From Basidiobolus meristosporus CBS 931.73 (taxonomy: Eukaryota; Fungi; Basidiobolomycota), in the NCBI GenBank assembly GCA_002104905.1, contig MCFE01000154.1, positions 1 through 64,000 on the forward strand: 64,000 bases of DNA, in the 5' to 3' direction. Made by a program: the position numbers and the translations under genes. Shown one piece after another: positions 11,647-22,711 of this stretch. How positions within the stretch are numbered: position 1 is the first letter of the stretch; every line of letters starts with the position of its first letter. The notes beneath the pieces are model-generated. The model saw only the letters and a list, made by a program, of their open reading frames with translations, was not told the origin of the DNA and made no database searches.

Positions 11647-12794
11647 GGCTAATGCTTGGTTGCTTCGCGGGGTTCAATTACACAGGAGGGAGTGTGGCGA
11701 TCGATGGTCGGAACTTTACAATTGTGGAGGAGAATCGTTGTGATGGAAATGGTAAGGGAAATTCACAAGACTGACAGTCATAGGGATCTTCATGCCGCTT
11801 ATATAGCCATGTCCTCTCTGGCTACACTTACTCTAGTTCGTCGAGATCCATGAATGGTGTCATGAATTCGTCACATTCTGGTTCCACTCGGCCGCCTGAT
11901 TGGATGGGATTCGAATAGGCTCCCATGGTTTTGAGGCACCCTATTCGATCAAAACAGCTTCCTTTCCTTATTCGCATCACCCCACCCTGAGACATTCTGG
12001 GATGCGCTGGTTTAGGAATCTTCCCGAATGCGAGGGTTTTCTAATCGAGATTGCCATTAGGTTTAGCGATGATCTTGAATAGAGCGCTTGCTGTACCGGA
12101 TAACGACAAGGGCTGGGCAACATCGGTTCTCGGCGAGGGATCTATGGCTTGTACCGGACCAAGGTAGCCCGCGGAAGTCCAGGTCTAGTTGGGGTGGTTG
12201 AAAGACGGCTCTTTGGATTGGCCGGCCTGGAACTAATGGGGCTAGCGGTGGATCGCATGCGACGGAGATGCAATTGTCCAGCCAGCATCGCTCAAACTAC
12301 CTTCATGCAGCGGCAGCATGATGCTGCTCAACGCAAATCGCGAATCGCGAATCGCACATCGCCCACAGCTGCCCCCAAGTCGACGCTCTCCATCACGCAT
12401 TATCGCAATGATGTAATCCGGTTTATTTTTGGCTAGTTTCATATAAACAGAGTTCGTGCTCCGGCTGGGGTGGAGTGGGGCATCAGAAATTCGGCAGCAT
12501 TGCAGGATTCAGAGTCGGTTTCACTGCTTGCGATTCGCCTGGTCGCCTGCCACCATGTCTCTGACCCTTCTATCCGCCAGGTTGCTGGTCGTTGGCTGGC
12601 TAGAGGGGTGCATGGTTGCCGGTGGATCCCATCGAGAGCCTTATCTGCACCCGATGCCACGAATTGGCTGCTGGCTGGGTGGCACGAACAGCATCTATAT
12701 GGAGCCAGGGGTAAACGATTTTCCTGGATTTATGCACATCTCATCATTCACAGTGGTGCCGACCATTTGCTGGAGCGGAAGGGTTTTAGCGAAT

Positions 12795-12809
12795 CATCAT
12801 CATCATCAT
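12795..12809. repeat. (CAT)5 microsatellite
   Basis: Read directly. Confidence 0.9.
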
Positions 12810-15339
12810 GATGCGGCCACAAGTTCCCAGCAGCCTTATGCAGCCTACCGATATGGATGTGGAAAACAGCGGCTCTCTCTGCGGACCCGGAAACCAGAGG
12901 ATGCACACTGACGGCATCCAGCGAGACGCTCGCCCAACACCCTTCGGTCGACAAGCGCGCACTGTTGCGGTCAGGGGTGGGGGATGGCTGCTCTGCTCCG
13001 GTTAAGGATGGGCTGCTCTGTTGCTATGTGCGAGCACTGGGTGGCTAATGGGGTGATGCTTGTAGAACCACAGGTAATTCAGGGTCGCGTCCGCCAGAGG
13101 AAATCCGCCATCTCATTAGACCAATTCGGTGGCGGTTACGTCTTTCCTCCGCCATAAAAGGCTAAGTTACTGGTGGAATGGGAATACGGTCCGCTGGACT
13201 ATGACTTGCCTGAATACACCAAACACCCAAGATCCGGAGGGGAGCGAGGAGTATGTGGTTCATTAAGTGGATTCCGAATAGAACAGGATGAAACTGGACT
13301 CCCAAATTGACTGGTATCAAGGTGGCGACTCGTCAGCTCGTGCAGAGCTCCTGAGTGAAACCCCAATCTCTCTCTACATATTCATTTGTTCCACCACCAG
13401 CCCCATCCTCCAATCGTCGGCGCTAGGACAAGATCAACACCTAGGACCCGTGCCCACCGTTGAATCAAAGAACGTTAGAAGCCAATCCCCGCTGGGCCAA
13501 TCGACGGCCATCCAGTGGGTCGGACCATTTGCGATCCGAGTCGTCTGTGCAGATCCTCCGATCCGCAGTTCATTCCTCAACCGACAAAAGGCTGTTGGCC
13601 TTCTGGAATACTCTGCAGACTCGAATCCCGCCCGATTAGGGCAAATGCTTAAATCATGGATGATGTTATCCATGCGGTCATCGCTATCTCATGATGAGCT
13701 AATTTAGGACTAAAACTTGACCTATGGTTGCAGTTCCAACTAGATGCTGAGATTGGCCGTCCGCGTTAGGGATGTCGATCCGGGTGAGCAGTGGGATGAT
13801 GGCGATACTGTGACAACCGGTGGTTCACCCTTCCAATCTCGTCGGGCGGGCGGGGTGCGATGCGATGCGATGGGGAGGATTTCAGACCTCCGGAGACCCA
13901 TGACGAACCAACCCAAACCATCAGCGCAGCAGCTGACCTATCCTAGCCTTACAGCATGCCCATCGATCATGTGGAGCCGGCCTTGCGATGCCAATGCTCG
14001 TGATTCAAGCAAGTCCATGCCATACTCAGACGCCTCCCTTCTCCCGATCGGATCATGGTTGGGCTCGACGAAACGTACAAGCTCAGGTTCCTATACACCG
14101 CATTGGTATCCTCGCGCCAGCATAGCTAACCAGTCCGATGGAATATGGAAATGGGGTGGGGCTCCCTCTCCTGAAATCCCCTTATGGGTGTTCAAAACCC
14201 CGAGGAGCTGCAGTATAGGGTGGAGAGCGAGCGGTTGCAGGTAGATTAATCTCCATTTCGGGCGTGGCCAAGCCTAATCAGCTAGCATACGCGAGCAATT
14301 TACACGGAATGGCAATCGGGACATGGCATTTCCGAGAAGGGCCCAGATCCCAGGCTGGAAGACGTTGCCACATCTAGTTCATGCACCGAAATGCTCCTCG
14401 AGATCGTCCAGCCACCAAGTCTACTGCACCACCACCACCGCACGTAGCAACCCTTCTGCTCCTACCAGAGCTCGGATGATTGGCGCGACACCAGGGACAC
14501 CGTGGAAGCTTCCGGCCAAAACAGAGTTACTTCCTTACAAATGCGGTAACCATTCCTTGATCAGAAACCTCTTGTATGAGGGGTATCGGTTCTTGACCAG
14601 GCCCTCCATATATGTCCTTATCAGTCCACTTCATCTTCATCTACATCTGAGTGCGTTTCCGGCGATGGTCTAGTACCTAGGAATCCCAATCTCCCTCTCC
14701 GCTGCGTGCTCGCCATGGTGCCAGTCGTATGGGAAGATTTCCCATGCATCCCATGCATTTATCCATAAAAGGCCATCCAGCCCAAGATGGCCTCCCGACA
14801 CCCTCACAACGCCTGGCACCACCAGATCCCCTCCCCATGGGTGGTTTTGGACATCGCCGATATCTCGACCACTCCTCACCTCAATCGATAGGCTCCCAGT
14901 GGGCTCCACCCGACCCCACTCCGAGATGCGGTTCCCATCGATCCTGTCCAGCTGCACCTTGTGGGAGATCGCCTTTTGTCCCACCACTTCGCTTCCACCA
15001 CGCTGCCCACAGCAGCCACTCGCATCCGCGTATCCGCATCCACCCTCACATGTCCAGTGCCAATCTGGATCCACACCACCCCATCGATCGTCATCGGCGA
15101 TTCGGAATCCACGTGGATGCGTATCTTCAGCGAGGGAGGGGTCGGCGGTGATCTCCAGCTCAACCGTGCCTCCGACCAGAACCCGTGGTTGTGGAACCGG
15201 AGACCGTCGGACTTGGCGTCTCGCCCACCGGCCACGCGTGACCGACAATCCCCCCGATGGTTCCTTCCGTTAGGTGCCTGCGGTGGTGACCCTGTACCGT
15301 TCCCAAACCCTGATGCGTGGAGGTATGCCATCTCATTAG

Positions 15340-15365
15340 GGAGGAGGAGGAGGAGGAGGAGGGGG
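15340..15365. repeat. (GGA)n polypurine microsatellite
   Basis: gggaggaggaggaggaggaggaggggg, read directly. Confidence 0.9.
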
Positions 15366-16009
15366 ATGTGCAATTGATCCGATTAGGTACGGATGAGGTG
15401 GTGTAGGAGCGCGTTTGCCGAATCTCATCTCTCCGCCTTCCCAACTCCAAGTCAAAGCCCGGGTGGATCGCGCACAAGAGAAGCGGGGTCGCTGGCTGAG
15501 GACCGAGGCTAAAGGGAAGTGGGTGGGCATCTGGATATCCACCAAATCCATGGATTTCTTCCCTAGTTACTGGCGCTTAATTGCCATCTCCAGCATTATC
15601 CTCTCGTTTGTTGAATCCAAGAGGAACACATTGACGGTCCGGACCCTATCCGTGCGCTGCCAATTCTCTCCATGGACGCCATGCTGGGGAACGGAGCATG
15701 CCACCTGGTGTTTATTTATCCCCCCCCACAAGGATCCCTTGCTATGTTGGTAGCCTCTCCAACAATTCCTATATGCCTTGGAGTTCCAGGGACTGTCAAC
15801 AACTGACCAGGGGGTGTATCACCTCAGATCTGTTCCCTGGGTAGCAAACACATTTTGCTAGTGGAATGGACCCCCCCCAGAACCATTGACCTCACCAGTG
15901 TTGCTTGATGGGCCTCAGCTGGGCTGGGATTGATAATTGTCCAGGTTCCCCCTCCCTGCACCAACCATCACCCTACTGGAGTTGGATCAAGTGATTTCCA
16001 CCCAAGTAT

Positions 16010-16272
16010 TGTTGTAAGAGTCTTAGAGATATTGGAAGTGATTGGGAGAACAAGTAGATTATGTGGTTCTCACTGGATGATTCATTGAATGTACCAGTGG
16101 TATTTACACTTTTGCATGGCCTTGGCATAAAAAAAACATGTAAACTATGTTTAGCATGGTCCTAAGAGCATGTGTGCCAAGTTTGGGACTGCTTGGACAA
16201 CCTCCCAAATCTTCATGTTTGGGGTACCTGATATTTTGGTGAAAATATTCCAAGTAAATCCCAACATGGAAT
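16010..16272 (-). mobile_element. Partial copia family-A LTR in inverted orientation; first recognisable element of the TE block
   Basis: Reverse complement of the 3' ~260 bp of the LTR at 17036-17384 (starts tgttgtaagagtcttagagatattggaagtgattggg). Confidence 0.85.
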
Positions 16273-16307
16273 ATGATCAGAACTCACTAAGATTTGTAGG
16301 CAATGTG

Positions 16308-17035
16308 TATGAACATTTAGCTGAGTGGGAGTGTTGTAAATATTTGTATTTCCACCTAAATATTCACCTAACTTAGTCACTTAGATCATTACCTTCAAAT
16401 CCTAGAGAATACTGACCAAATTCCTTGTTGGGATTTACTTAGAATATTTTCACCAAAATACCAGGTACCCAGAACAAGAAAATTCTTAGATACCTAAAAA
16501 GAACTGCTGATATCTGCTTAAGATACACTTATAAGGACTCAGAACAGGATCTTGTGGGGTACTCTGATGCTGATTGGGGACAAAATTTGGAAGACAGAAG
16601 ATCCACCACAGGATACACCTTTCTTTACTGTAAAGGAGCAATTTCATGGAATTCAAGAAAGCAACCAACTGTAGCACTTTCTACCACAGAGGCAGAGTAC
16701 ATGGCAGCCTGTGAAGCTACAAAAGAAGCAATGTGGCTAAGAAAGCTTTTTACAGATTTAGGCCTATGTCAAAAAACGCCTATTACTTTATTTCAAGATA
16801 ATCAAGGATGTATACAATTAGGTAGAAATCCAACTTTTCATGCTAGAACCAAGCACATAGATATTAGACATCATTTCATACGTGAAGCTATATAGAATAA
16901 CTTAGTTAGCTTAGTTTAATGTCCTACAGATGAAATGATTGCAGACATATTTACCAAACCATTAGCTAGAGACAAGTCTGAATATCTTAGGTCAAAATTA
17001 GGACTAGTCAGTATGAACATTTAGCTGAGTGGGAG
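16308..17035 (+). mobile_element. Copia family-A 3' fragments: PPT plus half LTR (16332-16486), then RNase H remnant and a second PPT
   Basis: GYSDADWG...RRSTTGY...[20 protein letters not shown]...HARTKHIDIRHHF; the PPT agctgagtgggag precedes TGTTG twice. Confidence 0.9.
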
Positions 17036-17509
17036 TGTTGTAAAGACTTGAAATTCCACCTAAATCTTCACCTAACTTAGTCACTTAGATCAATACCCTC
17101 AAATCCTAGAGAGTACTGACCAAATTCCTTATTGGGATTTACTTAGAATATTTTCACCAAAATACCAGGTACCCAGAACATGAAAATTCTCAAAGTTGTC
17201 CAAACAGCCCCAAACTTTGCACACATGTTTTTGAGACCTTCCTTAACCTATTCTATGTGTTTGTAATGCCAAGACCATGTAAAAGTATAAATACTACTTT
17301 TACATTCAATAAATCATTAAGTGAAAACCACATAATCTACTTGTTTTCCCAATCACTTCCAATATCTCCAAGACTCTTAGAACACCCAAGACCTTACAAA
17401 GGCAATAGCAACCTGTTTTGCAACTACTGCAAAAGGAAAGGATACACATCAGATCAGTGCTTCAAAAAGAGTGAAAGTCAGCAGAAAAGCCTGAATATGA
17501 AAATGCTGC

Positions 17510-18584
17510 TGTGGTGGTGTATAAGTCAAAAGGGCAAAATATGGCCAACACTTCTCAAGTGTATATGTGTGGGGTGTTCACTGGGTGCAATAGCCTCTGG
17601 CAAAAGCTTGCTAGGAATACGGGGTCTTTTGTCTAATCTAATGTCAAGTGGATAATGCCTCAAGCTTGTCAAGGGAAAGCTATTGAGCTACAATTCCCAA
17701 CTTAGTTGGTACCTTAACAAAAGTTTAAAATGGCTTCAATGTCTTTTGAGATGACAATGTACTAAAGCTTCCAAAGTCAAAACAACTGTAAACTCCACCA
17801 ACAGGGACTTGATAAGAATGCAGCTTTGACCAATAGTTACAAAGACTGAAAAGTATCTTTGCCTGTACAGAACAAACTTGGAAAAACAATCAAATATAAT
17901 AAAATATACCTACTCTGAGTATTCCTCACAAGTAGTGCCTCCAAGGTCAGTTGGCTGTCAGCATGGTTTCCTGGGAGTATTGTCAGGTCCAAGTCAGAAA
18001 GTAGTAGTAATAGGTAGTAGTGATCTCCCTGATTAATAAGTTGGAATATTGGAAGTGGGATGATTTATTTTTAAGGGATAGCCTCCCTTATATACTTTTT
18101 TGCTGCTCAAATTCTTGCTAGAAAATGCTTTCCGGAAGTTTCCAGAGGGTAGTAGACAGCCAATCATGCTGTTGCGTACTAAAAATACCTCAAATTCTTG
18201 GCAGATTGCTCCATGAGATATAGTAGTACATAGCCAATCAGATAGTGGTAGTATGAAACCTCTGTGCCATGTAGTTACCTCATATGGTAGTAGGATAGGA
18301 GGGTTAGGAAACCAGGAAGGTCACAAGACATGGGCACTGTTGGGGGTACTTGCCTTATATGGTAACAATCTTATCTTGGCATCTTGGCCAGGAATAGGAA
18401 TAGCTTGTGCAATGGGTTAATAGTGACAGATAGCTTGCCAGGTCACATAGAAATAATCACATAGACAGATAGAAAATATTGCAAGTTGGGATGATACTAG
18501 TATAGGGGGGGTAATCCTTTTTAGGGAAGTGAACGTATGGGAATGAGCACATCTGCCTGTGGGTGTCACTGTAACCCCACTACA
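17510..18584 (+). mobile_element. Solo LTR, family B (1075 bp), inserted in the copia gag-protease junction
   Basis: TG...CA ends with 4-bp TSD CTGC/CCGC. Removing it restores the copia frame ENAATIEDR. Two related copies lie at 26.3 and 33.4 kb. Confidence 0.85.
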
Positions 18585-21500
18585 CCGCAACAATTGAAGA
18601 TAGACTCTTCATATCTGCACTGTATATGACCACAAGCAAGGCTACTCAGAAATGGTATATTGACTCTGGAGCATCTCAACACTTTACCCACCAAAAGGAA
18701 CTTTTTACCCAATATGCAGAAATCCCAATTAAGAAGGTTTTCATGGGTGATTATAGAACGCTTGATGTAGTGGCAGAAGGAACTATCTAAGTAAACCTTA
18801 GAAGCAGTGAAGGAAGCCATACACTGACCTTTAAAGAAGTACTCTATGTACTAGAAATAGCCAAGATCCTACTATCTGTAAGCAAGGCCACAGCAGAAGG
18901 ACTCAATTTCAGCTTTGACAATTCTGGATGCAGGATCACTGATCCAAATGGTGCCTATATTACTTTGGGTATCAGAGATCAGAATCTGTATAAGTTAACT
19001 TGTATTCCATTGTATCTGGAAGCCAAGATAAGTAACCTGAACAAATAAACACCAATTCTTTGGTACAAGAGATCTGGACACATAAGTTTTGATTATTTGC
19101 GCAAATTGATCAAAGATCAGCAAATTTCTGGAGTAAAAATTGATTCTCCAGCTAATTTGGAGCATTGTGAAGCCTGCATATTGCAAACAAGCCAGACAAC
19201 CATTCACAAGCTCTGGGCCAATGAAAAATAAGAAAAAATTACATCCAATTTATTCAGAACTGTGTGGACCTATGCAAAATTTCTCTTTAGGTGCACTGAG
19301 TATTTAATTTCTTTTATTGATGATTATACAAGATACAACTGGATCTACTTCATGGAGAAACAGGGAGCAGCTCTATGTAAGCTCAGGCAGCTTAGAGCCA
19401 TGGTGGTGAGAGAAATTAGTGAAAAAATCAAGAAAATATGCACTGACAATGGTGGAGAATATACCTCAGAGTTCTGCATCCACTTCAGCAAAATTTATGG
19501 GATAAAGCAAGAGATTACTGTACCATACCTCCCACAACAGAATGGAGTAGTAGAACATGCAAACAGATCAATAATTGATATTGCAAGATCTATGGTCTAT
19601 AATCAAATTATATTCTGTGATTTTTGGGTAGAATCAGTTGCCACAGCTGTACACCTTAAAAGCAGGAGTTATAACAGAAAGCTTTGTGATTCTACACTAT
19701 TTGAAACATAGTATAGATACATATCAAGAGCAGAACATTGAAGAATATTTGGGTGTACAGCATATGCCACAAAACTGCCTAGAAGTCAGTCAGATTTGAG
19801 CCAAAAAGGGATAAATGCATATTTTTGTGCTACTGCAATGAGAGCAAGACATACAGGCTCTACAATATCAAAACAAAGATGCTGAATAAGTCCAGCAATA
19901 TGTTGTGCTATGCAAACTCAAAATTTTCACAAATATTTTCATCAAATAATGACAAAAATCTGATATCAAGTCCATCAATTGTCAGGATTGAATCAGAGCA
20001 AATCAATGAAAATATTTTCACTCCAGAGGAGTATACAACTATGGTTCAGCCAGAATTGGCGCACAGGAATATCCCAGAAGTAATTATTCCAATATCAAAT
20101 GTCCAGAGATCCAACCAAACAAGAAATAGCCCAAATTACTTTGTGAATGGGGGTACAAACTTGGCCCTATGAAAAATCCCAAATGTGGAATTCATCTGAT
20201 TTTTAGCTGGTATTCTGATGGTATTTTGCTAGTATTCAGCTGGTGTTTTGGGTTCAAAATTTCAAATGCAATTATTGATAGAAGTAATGGGCTGCTCATT
20301 ACTAAATTTGGGATGGATGCTAGTTTGCCTAGTCTCCTCCTGGACAATTTGCTTACTTGCCTGCCCATCAGCTCAGAACAGACATTTTGAGAGTTGTCAG
20401 TTTTGAGAAACTTGCAATACAACTAATACTATGATGGTATTTTGCTGGCTGATCGTCTATCTTTTTTCTTAGGGTTAGCCTGTGCCTACTCAGTCCATAT
20501 TGATGAGCCCCAGACTGTAAAAGAGGCCCTAAATAGCCCCCTGACAAAGTTTTGGATATCTGCAATGACTGAGGAATATCAGGCCCTGATGGAAAATCAA
20601 ACTTAGGACTTAGTCAAATTACCAATCAACCAAAATCAATTGGATGCAGATAGGTCTTGAAAAAAAATGCAAGGATGATGATTCAACTGAAAGATACAAA
20701 GCATGACTTGTGGCCACAGAATAATCTCAAACAAAAGGATTTGACAATACTAAGACCTTTGCAGTGGTAGCCAAGTTTAATTCCTTCAGATTGACCATGG
20801 CTATAGTAGCCAACATAGGTTCTTATACATCAAAGAGATATAAAAGCTGCATTTTTGAATGAAGAACTTGATGAGGATGTGCATACAGACTGGCCTGATA
20901 GATTTGCTGACTAAGATAACTCCCACTTGATCTGCAAGCTTAAAAAGTCTCTATATGGACCTAATCAATCACCAACAGCCTGTAACTGCAAATAGATTCT
21001 TATTTGAAATCTTTGAGTTTCAAATAGAGTAATGTTGACTATAGTATATACTATAAGCCAGATAGAGCATGTCCAGTTCTATTAGCTCAATATTTGGATG
21101 AGCTTATTATAGGCACCAATGACCTAGAAACATTGGATGAGACTGAGTTCAGCCTATCTAAAGAGTTCAAGATACCAAAACTAGACACACTCAGTTACTA
21201 CTTAGGGATAAAGCTCTCCATAGACAAAAGTGCCCATACTATCACCCTAAGCCAATCCAAGTATATTCAAGATATACTAAACATGTACCAAATGGAAGAC
21301 TGTCAACCAGCAGCTACCCCAATGGAGACAAACCTTAACCTGGTTAAAACTCTACCAAATCAAGAGAGCTTGGTGCCACTTGAGAGCCCCAAGTTTCCTT
21401 ATCAATCTATGGTTGTGGTCAAATGTATATCATGCTTGGAGCATGTCTGGATATCTCATATTCAGTGGAAGTTGTCAGCCAGCATAGTCCAAACTATGGA

Positions 21501-21718
21501 TCTGATCACATTGCGGCAGTTAAGCAGATTTTTAGATACCTAAAAGGAACTGCAGATATCTGCTAAAGGTACACTTCATTTCAAGATAAATAAGGATATA
21601 AACAATTGGGTGGAAATCCAACTGTTCATGCCAGAAATAAGCACATTTACATTAGACACCATTTCATATGTGAAGCTATAGAGAAAAACTTGGTTAACCT
21701 AGCCTACTGTCTGACAGA

Positions 21719-22251
21719 AGAGGGTGTCTGGAGTGTCTCCCCCAAGGCAAAGGATGTCTTGCTCCTTGATCACAATCAACCTACGGTGCTAGGTTGTTCA
21801 AGAGTATGTCTTAGGCAGTTTGCAAACTTCCTCTAGACCAGTTTGAACCTCACTGTGTAGTGAGTGGTGTTGTTTGCGCAACATTGAGAAAGCCATTTTG
21901 TTGGCATCCCTGAAGAAGAGTACCTGCAAGAAGTATGTCTTTCCCCAGAAGTTTATGAAGCTGCACACGGTGTGCACATGTTGGTCCCAGGAATCTAGCA
22001 GCCATTGCTAATGATGAAAAACCCCTAAGTAAGGCGGTTTGAAAGAAGTTCTCCTAGTCACAGGATCCCAGAAGGACATTGGTTAGTCAACAACAGAAGA
22101 TTTGTTATATGCCTCCATTGAGGGAGGTTCAGAGAATCACCAACTATGATTCAGTTTGTCTTGAAGTGATGTTGTAGTCATGGTGGCAGTTAGCTCTCTC
22201 AATTACCTCTGGTTGATTTATTTGCTGCTACCTAATAAATTGCTGCTACCA
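21719..22251 (-). mobile_element. LTR-less fragment of a gypsy-like 5' region (PBS plus gag remnant) inserted in copia RNase H
   Basis: On the minus strand it starts TGGTAGCAGC, the same PBS as the gypsy at 47.6 kb. It is flanked by GACAGA on both sides, and the copia frame continues across it (YCLTE...TDDMIAD). Confidence 0.55.
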
Positions 22252-22711
22252 GACAGATGACATGATTGCAGACATACTTATCAGATCATTTGCTGGTGAC
22301 AAGTTTGAGTATCTTGGGTCAAAATAAGAACTAATCAGTATGAACATTCAGTTGAGTGGAAGTGTTGTAGGAATTTGTAGTTCCACCTAAATACTCACCT
22401 AACATAGTCACTTGGATTGTTATCATCAAATTCTAGAGTCTACTGACCAAATTTCTTGTGGGGATTTACTTTGACAATTTTCATGTTCAGGGTATCTGAT
22501 ATATTGGTGGAAACATTCAAAGTTATCCAAAGAGCCTCAAACTTTGCACACATGTTCTTGGGACCTTCCTAAACCTATTTTATGTGCTTGTTATGCCAAG
22601 ACCTTGTAAAAGTAAAATTGCTGCTTTTTCATTCAATATTTCATTTAGTGAAATCCACATAATCTACTTGTTCTCCCAATCACTTCCAATATCTCCAAAA
22701 CTTTTACAGCA

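Larger units (their letters stand above)
17036..22711 (+). mobile_element. Decayed Ty1/copia family-A element: 349-bp LTRs at 17036-17384 and 22363-22711, PBS and most of gag deleted, pol riddled with stops, two nested insertions
   Basis: Zinc knuckle CNYCKRKGYTSDQC (~17425), protease WYIDSGAS (~18655), integrase FIDDYTRY...TDNGGEY...PQQNGV (~19310-19560), RT and RNase H remnants, PPT. Confidence 0.9.

Noticed and set aside
14670-15477. Cluster of 105-192 aa ORFs on both strands
   Set aside because: Mutually overlapping, low-complexity, no recognisable family; treated as non-coding.
16001-17390. Idea that 16010-17384 is a TIR transposon with a CCCAAG target duplication
   Set aside because: The left CCCAAG is offset 3 nt from the end, and the inverted ends are explained as copia LTR termini.
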